Source: Setoptus koraiensis
Lineage: Eukaryota > Animalia > Arthropoda
DNA length: 64,000 nt
Assembly (NCBI GenBank): GCA_048013815.1
Contig: CM106586.1
Location: 14,508,001-14,572,000 of the forward strand
Direction: 5' to 3'
Each line of letters opens with the position of its first letter. Within the stretch, counting starts at the first letter, position 1. Position numbers and translations under genes: made by a program. Shown here piece by piece: positions 46,995 through 57,710 of the stretch. The notes beneath the pieces are model-generated. The model was not told where the DNA came from and searched no databases. It saw only the letters and a program-made list of their open reading frames with translations.

Positions 46995-47227
46995 TTGATT
47001 TTTTTTTTGTCAAACCTCTATCTAGGAGTTCCGAGTTATTTGACATTTGAGATTATTATTGCAAATGGTTCCGTTCAAAATTAGCAATAATATTTAACTT
47101 GTTGCGAGATATGACTTGATTGTGTGTGTGTGTCTTTGGACGGAAGAAGTTTCAATTGTTATATTCAACGAATCTACGATAAGGTGACCATGATTTGGAT
47201 AGTCGAATTATCCTCCCTTCGATTTTC

Positions 47228-49327
47228 CTAGATTGTAGACTCGTGCTGGACGACACGCTTTCTGATCACTTGTACGGACCTTGGCGTGGGTTTAGGCGTT
47301 GATTGCGACTCTGTTGTCTGATCCTTTTCCGTTGTTTTCTTTGATGCTCCCAAGGCAAACCTTTTAATGTGCATATGGCCTTGCATATCTTCGTCATTCT
47401 CTTTGTCCATCACGTTACTGTAAAGAGACTGTGAGATTTTTACATGAGGCGATTTCTTATATCTACCAGAATTAGTGGTAGTCGTTACGACGGTATCGGT
47501 GCTAGAATCTGCGAGGCCTTTCTTGGGAGTGACAGCAAAACCGCATTTCGAAGGATTGCAAATATGACTATGAACAGACTGCATATGATTGACGTATTTT
47601 TTCAATTTAACAGCATATTTTCGATATCTGGTCAACGATTGACCCAGCTCCCATTGCTTCGAATTGTAATCGTTGTTCAGAATATCACGTTCATGCTTGA
47701 CCTTGTCCAGTTCGTCCTCTAAAACTCTGATAGTCTCGCGATCGGACTCTTGACAGGACTTCCGGTCCTGTCGGACTTGATCTATTTCCTGTTCTAAAAA
47801 CTCAGTTTTAGCTCTGTACTCGCCATTCAGCACTCTGCAATCGTCTAATTCCAATTTTATATCTTCTACTATCTTTTTCAGGTTTCTGTTTGCCTCCTCA
47901 ATTTGCACAATATCTTTGAGTTTGGCCTCGTAAACACCCAGTTCGGATTTCAGCTTGAGACTTTCCTCGCGCATTGCCATAATTATCTTCTCTCTCTCCT
48001 CGGAGACGCCTCTGTATTCTTCTGCTCGCTTCACATACTCGTGATTGATTTTAGTCAACCCGTCAGCCTGCCTTTTGAGTGTTTTGTTAGTTTCGGATAA
48101 TTCATCTTGTTCGCGCAACAATTTTTCCACTCTGGCCTCATTCTGTTGCGTCAATCTGACCTTTTCTTCGATCGAATTCGCCTCAAGAAGCTCTATCTGT
48201 TGCTTCTTTTTGTTCAATTCACTCTCCAAGTGTTTCATTGACTCAAGCAACAAATCACACTGACCACTCAGTTCCGATTTACTGTTCTCATAGTGCTCTT
48301 TATATTTGGCTAGATGAGCCTCAAAACTTTCCTCTCGGCACTTCATCATGCTTTGTAAAGCGACAATTTTTTTCTCAGCTCTATCATGAGACTCACTTAG
48401 ATTTGAATTGATTTCGCACTGATGATCTAGGTCACATTTAACTCTAGCGAGCATTTGTTTGTATTGTGCAACCTCATGATGTAATCGCTCTATTTCGCTG
48501 TTATTTTTGCTATCGATGGACTCCTGATCGGCAACTAGATTCTCCAATTTGACACGTAATCTATTGTAGCGTTCCTTGTTTTCGTTCATTATTAACTTGG
48601 CGTGATCCAATTGATTCTGCAACTTGAAATTATCCTCTTTGAATTTTTTTACCTGACTCCATTTAGGTTCATTGTAGATAGTATCAATCTCTTGGCGTAA
48701 AATATCTATTGTTTGCCTCAGATTGATTTGACTAGTTTCAGTTTGTTTATTCATGGCTTCTATTGTTTTTTCGTGGCTGTCTTGTAATGCGATAAACTTG
48801 GTGCGTTCCAAACCAATTTGTTTCTCTAGCTTTTGAATACTGTCATAGAATTGAGTTCGTTCCTGATCAAACAGTTGACTCTGTTGTTCCAGTTTGGTTT
48901 CAAATGATGCCCTCAGTTGATCGGCACTTCTCAACTTCAACGATTCTTTGAGTTCTTGTATGAGTTTCTCTTTATCACTTAATAACTTATTTGTAGAGTC
49001 CAATTCAGATTGTTTCTTTATTTTCATCTCCTTGCTTAATTTCATCATGTCTAACATGTCCTGTTGAAGCTTTAAATAATCATCTTGCAATTTAGACATT
49101 TCATTTTTGACGATATTATAATTAGCTCTGCGCTGCTCGTTACGCTGTCGCTCGGCCCTCAACAAATACTGTAACATATCAATTTGATCGACCATTTGAC
49201 TGGCTTGATGTTGTCGTTCCTCAACGGTAGTACTAACACATTTTCTGGTTGGCTGTTGTCCGACGACAGTCGTTCTCTCTTCTCCTCTTGGCAGGGATTG
49301 TTTCTGGTGAATAGTGACGGTTGTCAT
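47228..49327 (-). CDS. CEP83: Long coiled-coil protein, CEP83/CCDC41-like (699 aa), single exon
   Basis: LQYLLRAERQRNEQRRANYNIVKNEMSKLQDDYLKLQQDM resembles the CEP83 N-terminal [30 protein letters not shown] motif (recalled); the rest is heptad repeats. Confidence 0.6.
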   Translation of the reverse strand: MTTVTIHQKQSLPRGEERTTVVGQQPTRKCVSTTVEERQHQASQMVDQIDMLQYLLRAERQRNEQRRANYNIVKNEMSKLQDDYLKLQQDMLDMMKLSKEMKIKKQSELDSTNKLLSDKEKLIQELKESLKLRSADQLRASFETKLEQQSQLFDQERTQFYDSIQKLEKQIGLERTKFIALQDSHEKTIEAMNKQTETSQINLRQTIDILRQEIDTIYNEPKWSQVKKFKEDNFKLQNQLDHAKLIMNENKERYNRLRVKLENLVADQESIDSKNNSEIERLHHEVAQYKQMLARVKCDLDHQCEINSNLSESHDRAEKKIVALQSMMKCREESFEAHLAKYKEHYENSKSELSGQCDLLLESMKHLESELNKKKQQIELLEANSIEEKVRLTQQNEARVEKLLREQDELSETNKTLKRQADGLTKINHEYVKRAEEYRGVSEEREKIIMAMREESLKLKSELGVYEAKLKDIVQIEEANRNLKKIVEDIKLELDDCRVLNGEYRAKTEFLEQEIDQVRQDRKSCQESDRETIRVLEDELDKVKHERDILNNDYNSKQWELGQSLTRYRKYAVKLKKYVNHMQSVHSHICNPSKCGFAVTPKKGLADSSTDTVVTTTTNSGRYKKSPHVKISQSLYSNVMDKENDEDMQGHMHIKRFALGASKKTTEKDQTTESQSTPKPTPRSVQVIRKRVVQHESTI

Positions 49328-50039
49328 TGTTGATGATCTTCTCTGATGATATAGTATTAAATTAATTTTTGTGTTTTGTTCTATATCTGACAGTAAATTC
49401 GGTAATCACGACAATAATATAATGTAAATTGAAAATGTGTGAGACGATCGGAATACCGAATTGACCGACCACGTGATATACACATTTGTGTTTGTTGTTA
49501 TAGCTGTCACCATGGCAACGCGCGCAAAAATGATTAGCTGAATTTGTTGAGTACCAAATCTAAAACATTTCACTAAATGATCCAATAAACTCAGGAAACG
49601 AAACATACAAACAAGATTAATTAACTTGCTCCGAATATCACATATGTGGAATATTTGTTCTTACGCCGGGTCTGTAATAGAGCGAAAACCAGATACAGTA
49701 GTTGTAGATAGAGTAGACGTAGTAGAAATGTACGATGTAGTATGGAAAAAAGTCGATTCAACTTTATTATTTCATTAACAAAAAAACATCGGTTCAGTGC
49801 CGCCATAGTCCCAAGATTAAACAGTTCCTCAAATAGAGTCCCATTAACTGAAACATGTGAAATCTTCTGAACGCACTTCTCTCGGATACAATTAAATCGC
49901 TCTACGAAACAAACAAAAAACCTTTCCGATAGCTTGCATTGACAATGTACACCATTTGTATACATACTACTGTATATACAGGAGACATGATGTTGTTGTC
50001 GACGTTGGGGTCGACACCAATCATCCATTTGAAGTCATT

Positions 50040-51335
50040 CTATGTAGTTTTTCGTTTGGGCAAGGTGCCCATAAATTTGCATATTATGCCAAGCATAATT
50101 TCGTCGGCTCCCCCGGCAATGGACATGGACCTTCCATCTCTAAAGGCACGTTCAATGAGTAAATTTGTCGTGTATCCCATGCCACCGTGGTACTGCAAAC
50201 ACGTATCACTCACTTCTCGGATCAATCTGCCAGCTTTGAGTTTTGATATTGAGGCCAACATAGCCGCTGTGGCACCATGATCCTCTGATTCGCCATTAAT
50301 AACCATATCGGCAATTCTGTGATTGAGAGACTTCAATAGTTCAACCTCGGATTTCAATTCCGCCAATCGAAAATGTATCACCTGATTTTCTATCAGAGGC
50401 ATGCCGAATGTGTGTCTGTCCTTACAAAAATTGATTGTTTCCTGTATCATACGTTCCATTTGAGCGCAAGCCACGGCTGCAGCACAAACACGCTCATCAA
50501 CAAATTGTAACATCTGATATGTGAAACCCATGCCCTCGTCACCGATAATATTTTTCGCAGGTACTCGCACGTCGTCAAAAAACAACAGAGCAGTGTCAGA
50601 ACACTTGAGACCCAGTTTCTTGATTGTACCACCCACTGTGAAGCCTGGTGTATTCTTGGGGACGCATATCAATGATTTGTTTCGATGCGGATGTCCTTCG
50701 CTAGTATTGGCCAACAAACAAATCCAGTCACTTTGGGCACCATTGGTGATCCACATTTTGCTCCCATTGATCACTAAATCGTCACCAACTCTTTTCGCGC
50801 TTGTCTTGATGGCAGCTACATCACTGCCACCCGATTGCTCTGATATGGCCACACTTGACACATAGTCACCCTTAATTGTTGGCTCAAGGAAATTCCTCTT
50901 AAGATAGTCGCTACCATAGTTCGCCAATGCAGGTTGTGTCATGTCCGTATGTACACTTATGGCTGTGACTACGCCACCACTATTAATTCTAGCCAATTCT
51001 TCGAAAAACAACATACTGTACGAGTAATCGAGACCAGAGCCACCGAACTCAGGATCTCTTGTAATACCTAGAAGGCCAGCATTTCCCAGGGTTTTAAACA
51101 CCTCATGGGCTGGAAATTTTTCTTCCTCTTCCCATTTTTCAACAAAAGGGTTAATGTCTTTATCCACAATCTTCCTTATCGTTGACCTGAGCTCTTCATG
51201 TTCGGAAGTGTAAGTCAAATTTTGCCGATTGATCAAATGTATCCCTGACCTAATATTAGAATTGCCATTGACGAGCCTTTTAATATTATTGGGCTGCTTA
51301 ACAATAGTTGAAAACATTCTTTTTCCGACTAGCAT
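50040..51335 (-). CDS. Mitochondrial acyl-CoA dehydrogenase, LCAD/acdh-6-type, single exon
   Basis: Transit-peptide-like N-terminus; AISEQSGGSDVA, INGSKMWITNG, GLKCSDTALLFFDDVRVP, LQYHGGMGY. Helix-G Glu (FVDERV) with C-terminal IAGG indicates the LCAD/IVD catalytic class. Confidence 0.95.
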   Translation of the reverse strand: MLVGKRMFSTIVKQPNNIKRLVNGNSNIRSGIHLINRQNLTYTSEHEELRSTIRKIVDKDINPFVEKWEEEEKFPAHEVFKTLGNAGLLGITRDPEFGGSGLDYSYSMLFFEELARINSGGVVTAISVHTDMTQPALANYGSDYLKRNFLEPTIKGDYVSSVAISEQSGGSDVAAIKTSAKRVGDDLVINGSKMWITNGAQSDWICLLANTSEGHPHRNKSLICVPKNTPGFTVGGTIKKLGLKCSDTALLFFDDVRVPAKNIIGDEGMGFTYQMLQFVDERVCAAAVACAQMERMIQETINFCKDRHTFGMPLIENQVIHFRLAELKSEVELLKSLNHRIADMVINGESEDHGATAAMLASISKLKAGRLIREVSDTCLQYHGGMGYTTNLLIERAFRDGRSMSIAGGADEIMLGIICKFMGTLPKRKTT

Positions 51336-52483
51336 CTAGATATCGTCCTTAGAAAATTCTTTGTTGAAATGAATATGTACCTCCGTTGTATAATATAAAA
51401 TCATTCCGGTAATAATTTCTGTTATCGATATCGATCTGAGTTTTTCTTAGCAATATATTTGATTACATTACATGTATTATGGCAGGGATCGACACGGTTA
51501 TTTTCAAACGGTCGAAATTGTGTGCAACATTCAAACCTTGTTTGATCCATCTACTTTCTATGAGAACAAGTTTTCCCATAATGGTTACGCTGAAGTCAGA
51601 ATGAATGCCAAGATATCGTGCCAATCAACAAGTGTATACTTTTCAAGCACCAGCTGTTCAGAAGGGATTTTTTCATCGTATCAGCAGTGTTGCTGTTTAA
51701 AATAATCAGCTATTATGTGAAGGCTTAAAAAACTTGAAGATTGATTAGGATCGATTTGTTGAGTACGTAGCTCTTCATTGACAGTCATCGTATGAATGAA
51801 TTACATTTGTTTGAGCCTTTATATAAAATACAGTACATACTGTGTACTACATACACAATCTTCTTGAACTAAGAATGAAATAACAATGCAACAGTTTCCA
51901 TTGCTGGTCTAAATAGTTATAGGATATAGATATTGGAGTAAACTATTGAAGCATATTCTCGGGGATGTCCCAGCATGAGCATGACTTCGCTAGTTTAGCG
52001 CTCAGTATAATGATAAGCTCAATCGATAAACATAGTTATTTTGACTGTTATTTCTCGAGTTGTTAGTGAATCGCTGTTGACCAGTCTCACACTTCTCACT
52101 TCACTTAGGACCAGATAAAATGGTGTTGATCTCTTGAATAAAATGTTGGTCTAGTTGTTGAATTGCGTCAATAGACAATGCCGAGTTTACTGAACTTGGG
52201 GGCATCGGCTACACTGTGTAGGCTCAATTTTGTGTGTTTTCTCTCGTCTGAGTATCTACGTCTATGTTTTGAAATTGATTGTCAATATGATTTAAGCACA
52301 ACACATTCGGACATTGTCCAATCTTCTGCGGATTTGATGAGTCTGCACCACAGCCCGTGTAGAAACAATGCGTGACCTAGGAATATATAGAGCTTGATTT
52401 GCCACCGACGTCTTTAGGTATATTTCAAATAAAGATATAGATACATATATATGACAGATGATTTGGATGTTGCATAGTTGAGT

Positions 52484-52876
52484 CTATAGTTTGGTTTTGT
52501 CAAATCGAACTCTGCAAACGGGACACAGTTCGTTGTAATCGGCGAGCCTTATGGCACATGTCTTGTGAAACCAATGCTGACAAGGATGCAACGCTATCAG
52601 TACGTATTGTTGTCGAGCTTTTGGGTCTATCAATAACTCCTGACAGATTACACAGGGATCGTCTGCGCCTGGAAGTTTGGGTTTTTTTCGTTGTGACGGG
52701 CCAGTGTTGGTGGTGTTCCGATTCTCTTGCTCGTCTCCGGCGTCTGGCCTGGACGGTGTGCGTCCTCTGTTTTGTCCGTGCGCTCTCTCCTGTTCCCGGT
52801 GCGAATCCTGATAGTATTGATAAATAACGAGGAGTGCACTAATGGCCACTGTACCAAACAGCATCCAACCGTTCAT
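52484..52876 (-). CDS. Small N-terminally membrane-anchored RING-H2 E3 ligase, about 130 aa
   Basis: TM WMLFGTVAISALLVIYQYY; RING-H2 CVIC..CQHWFHKTC..CPVC. Confidence 0.85.
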   Translation of the reverse strand: MNGWMLFGTVAISALLVIYQYYQDSHREQERAHGQNRGRTPSRPDAGDEQENRNTTNTGPSQRKKPKLPGADDPCVICQELLIDPKARQQYVLIALHPCQHWFHKTCAIRLADYNELCPVCRVRFDKTKL

Positions 52877-55800
52877 GTTGATATCGTTTGGTTGCTTGCA
52901 ATTTCTAAAACCTGACCTAACTGAGAATAATGATATCACCAGATTAAGTGAGACAATTGTTAAAATTCTAAAGGCTTGTACGATCTATTCTAAATAGATT
53001 CTTCTGCAATAATGTGTCCTACAGTTCGCTTGATGATATAGATGCAATGAAATGCCATCGCCACATTATGTGATGCGATCAAATAACTAAAAGGTTAACA
53101 TTACCATTGTGGTACACGCACAAAACCATCGTTTATGATGGTCGGATTGATGGTGTCGTTGTCGAGACTCTCTCACTGTTTCCTATCAGGATTAGTCATC
53201 TATGGCAACATGGTAAACATGATAATAATAACAACAAATCAAATACCCCGTTGGGACAACCGCGGTACCCACCCACGCCTACTTGTGCCCATCTAATCGG
53301 AAATCACTCTCGGAGTAAACACGTCTACTAACAATTGCTGTTAATCGGATAAGTTGCCATTGAATGAATAAACACGTCTTATCCTGTTGGCCAAAGCCAA
53401 TTATCCGAGCCGACTCATATTCATCCGCATGATCAATGCATTAGCTGCTGCCGGTCAACCAGTGCGGGTACACAGAGGGCGGAATTCTATTCGAAGGGCA
53501 CACCTCGACGCTTTTGTCGTGTGAGAGCTTATTTACTCATTCAGCCGATAGGAAACGTTCATCGTTCTTATAGTGTGACTGTGCTGCGCACGGAATACCA
53601 TTGCGCACTTTGCGCCTTCCCGTCTGGCGGCTTCATTCGCGCAATTATAAAACCTGTGCCCAAAGTAAAAAGTAAATTTTTATACAACAACAACAACTAA
53701 AACAACGCACACAATCTACGTGCATTACGTAATCTTGATTAGTGAACCGCAATGGTACGCAAGAGTTGCCGAGATTGTCTCCTATTGGCGGTTGTTTTAA
53801 ATTCAACACTTTTCGGAAAAAGAGTCTCTCCAAAGAATGTCTCTGTTGTTGTTGGTGGTGGTGGTGTTCATGAAAAATTAGTTGGCAAGATTTGGCGGAA
53901 TTACCTCTGTCAGAAAATTGCCATAAGTTGTTAGTCTGAATTATTCATGCATACCAGCCTATTGTTGTGCCATCTGATGGTAATCTTGCACTTTTCAATT
54001 TACTTATTCATTCCGCTGTTGTTGCAGATACTCTCAAGAGATGCTAGTTCCATGCTAGTCACGCATGTTACGTAATCCGTTTTTGTTTGTAACTCGACGA
54101 ACACAGAACAAAAGGTAATTAGTCAAAAAACAAAGTCGTCCGAACGCCACAAGACTTGTTTAGGCAAGTCAATACAATTGAATTGTGTGCATTGGAAGAT
54201 AGAAATAGAATATCGAACATATCGAACATATAGATGATAATAATACAGAGAGATACACAAACTTACAAATGTTTCCAAAATAAATGTGTTGGCCTGTGTG
54301 TAGGTTGCTACTCGGGGGCTTCATGGACACGCCGAAGGGTGTTAGTCAGTGAGTGAGTTATTATTACGGCCAACAACAATACGCAAAACTAATCCTTTGT
54401 GAGGTCTTAATTCCTCTCAAACTAGCACATCATTAGTCATTGGGTTTGACATAACCCACCGGCTACAAGGTGCCTATAGGCGTTTATGGGTGCGTCGGAG
54501 GGCACAAAAGAAAAGGGAAAGTTTTCTACTATCGGCTTGACATTTTGCACATGCGACTCATTTTTGGGCCCTCACTTGTGCATTGTGTGGGCGCCGAGCA
54601 CTGAATTTCGGGACAAACATATATTAAATCAAATTAAAACGGGTGCCTGTGTGGCAACAAAACGGGCCGCTATTTCAAAGTCGTTGTTTGATGTTGCAGT
54701 TTAGTGACTCCGATCGTTTCAAGTGCAGCTTTTAGCAAGAGCAAGAAGAAGAGGATAAATGATGCACCAAGAAGTTGTAACTACTGAACGAGCCGCAACA
54801 ATATTGTTCAGCGGGAATAAGAGTTGACTCTAGTTCATCAGTGGCGAAATCAATGCTTATATTTACAGCCGAACGACTGTTCGTCGTCAACTATCCAGTT
54901 TAGCTAATAACAATACTGGAGATCATGCATGGTCTGCCGAGATGATGCGCTGAGCGCGCCTCGAAGCAATTCCTTTGATTTCCACGGCAATAGTTTCTAG
55001 TTTCCTCTCACCCAGTCTCAGCCCAGTTTTGCTTCAGTCTCGCTCAATGAATGGTGCATCGCTCACTCTAGTCGCCCAATGAATTGGATATATGTCTCAG
55101 TGTCAGTTCGAAGCCCTTGTTTAACACATGCGAATTGATTAGTGCACAATTATATCCGATGAGGGGACAGGGTCGTTATCATCAGTGTTGCGCTGTCACA
55201 CAAACAAGATAACAGGAGAGCAGTCGCATGCAAGCAGATTTATGTTATTGTTATGGTTTGCATCTCCTTGGATCGCGCTGTTGGCTTGGTGGCTTCCATT
55301 GCCAAGTGAAGGGAGTTTTATGGCGAATATACCACTACGTAGTCTAGCACTAGTGACGCGGTTAATTGTTGTCCCTGTTCCAAGTTGCCTCCACGTATGT
55401 ACGTTTCATTATCGTGACATTGATAACGTCATAATTTATGCCGAAAGAGGAAGGGGTCTCTCCCTCTCATTCGGAACAACAGTAGCACAGGGTCACACAG
55501 GAAACAAACTACGCGCTTGCCTCAATTCAAATATTATTCACTGGCACACTTTTCAGCGCTTTGCGCCAAACGTAGTGCGCCGAAATATAGAAATGAATTA
55601 AGTCGCTAGGTACCTGACTCATGTGTGCTCACAATGACGAAAGCCAGACCATAATTATGCTGCAAAACAACGCAACTACGCTTCGAGTTGGCCCCTAAAG
55701 CAATGCGGGCGGATTAGCGACAGAGTCAATTGAATGTCTGGTCATTCTATTAATAGCTGCCAACAGTCGCAGACAGTTTGCCCAATCGATGGTGTTGCGA

Positions 55801-56341
55801 GACCGATCGCTGATGGTCGCTGACAGGGCTGCTGGATGCTTAAAAACGATTAATGTGCTCTCACAACACAGTCATGTCATGTTGTATAATTTATCCATAT
55901 TGTTGTCAGTTTGACAATCTACCAACAGTGCACACAACAACAACGGCAGCAACGTCTTGCGATTATCTCCCCATCAGAATGCCGCCGCTGTTCCATCCGT
56001 GCTACACGTCACTGCGACTTGCGATGGCGCTCGACCTCACCCGGCCGACTAGACTGTCAGGACGAGTTCTTGTTCCGCCGCTGCCGCCGTTTTTATTCGG
56101 TATTGGTGCGGAAACACACACACAACAACTAATTTGCACCAATAACAACGGCATGTTGTTTAAATACGTCGGTTAAATGTCGTCAGTGGTGCCGACTAAT
56201 GGCTGCCTTTTCCCACAAAAACTTAACTCGAGACTCCCACTCTTTCGTACAGGCCCTGCCTAGGGTCGCCGATAGATTCAGTTCGCAGCCGATGGCATCT
56301 AGCTAGCTGCGGATTGCGCCACCAAATCTCTTAAGGGCGAT

Positions 56342-56375
56342 ATGTGTGCGTGTGTGTGCGTGTGTGCGTGTGTGC

Positions 56376-56420
<45 letters not shown>
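56342..56420. repeat. (TG)n microsatellite with TGCG variants
   Basis: Visible directly in the sequence. Confidence 0.95.
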
Positions 56421-56441
<21 letters not shown>

Positions 56442-57710
56442 TTGTGTAAGCCGCCGAGATGTTTACACAAATTGAATCACGCAACTGTATTGCTGCGAAT
56501 AATACCGAAGTAACTTGGCTTGTGCGCAATCGCGCGCCGATACTCGAGCCGCTGCTACTGCTGCGAACACCCCTATGCGCCAGCTCGCTATAGCGAGCCC
56601 TATTCAGCTGGAAGCCATTGCTCATGGTTGGGGCTACAGTTGCCGCTCAGTGAGTGGGCTCAAACGATGTGAGAATGGCTAACAGAGGCAACATGAGTAG
56701 AGTGAGACTCAAGTTGAATGAGGACTGTCTCTCTCTTTACCGCTCGCCTCCACTATCCTAGCTAGCTCTTTGGCTCAACTTGCGTTCATGGTTATGTTAC
56801 GTCACAATCTGTTGTTGTTAGTGCCAAGGCTAAGAGCATTCTGAGCCCCCTCTTGCCCACCATCGGCGCCGCTCACACACACACACACAAGCAAGCCCAT
56901 AGAGCACCGCTTTAGTAAATAATAATTGAACATGAGGCAGCTTCAGTAGCTAGATCCGTTTGAGTATGTGTTTATGTGTATATGTTCACAGTGCACTAGT
57001 TAGGCAAGCGATGCACAACTGAGCAAATGAGGGTTAAAAATGTCAATGCAAGCAACGAGAATATTCTTCAAGATTACCGACTAGGACACACACTAGTTAC
57101 GAACAACAAATAGGCCATTACCACAAATTAAATCGATTGGCAATTACGGCAAGAGAACAATTAATAGTTAATCATTATTAGCATTTGTATACTATACAAA
57201 TCACCATCGACTAGCGTTATGTTTTACCGTTGTAATAGACACGTGCAATGATATTAGAGGCAACGAAAAGGAGAATAGAATATATATATATATATAAAAA
57301 GAAAGTTAGAGAGTTTATAGATTAATCTAACTGTATAGCTGTTAAGTTTTTCTTTTGAGTATTCTCTGTGTGAATTGCTATTGTGATTTATTGTCACTCA
57401 ATATTTTTTATTTTTGATATTCATCATTGTGTATAACATCCATGTCATATCAATCAATTGATCAAATTAACATAAGTATACATATTCAATAGAATTGAAC
57501 TACAGAGATTTATCTATTAATCCAATCATCTAGTGATAATATAAAGGATAATTAATTTTAAGGCTAACAAAGCCTCTAGCACGAAGCCGATAGTTAAAAT
57601 TATTATTATAGAACCTCCATAATAATACCATAGGACAAATAGAGAGAAAGGGAGAATCAGTTCTCCATCGATTAGTTACCAAGACAGATAGGCATCGTTA
57701 ATACAACGAA

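Noticed and set aside
49406-50028. ORFs of 135 aa and 66 aa between the ACAD and CEP83-like genes
   Set aside because: No motif. They overlap the likely ACAD 3' UTR and CEP83-like promoter.
52180-52375. Cys-containing minus-strand segment VTHCFYTGCG...CPNVLC after an AG
   Set aside because: No start or upstream donor was found and it is too short to support.
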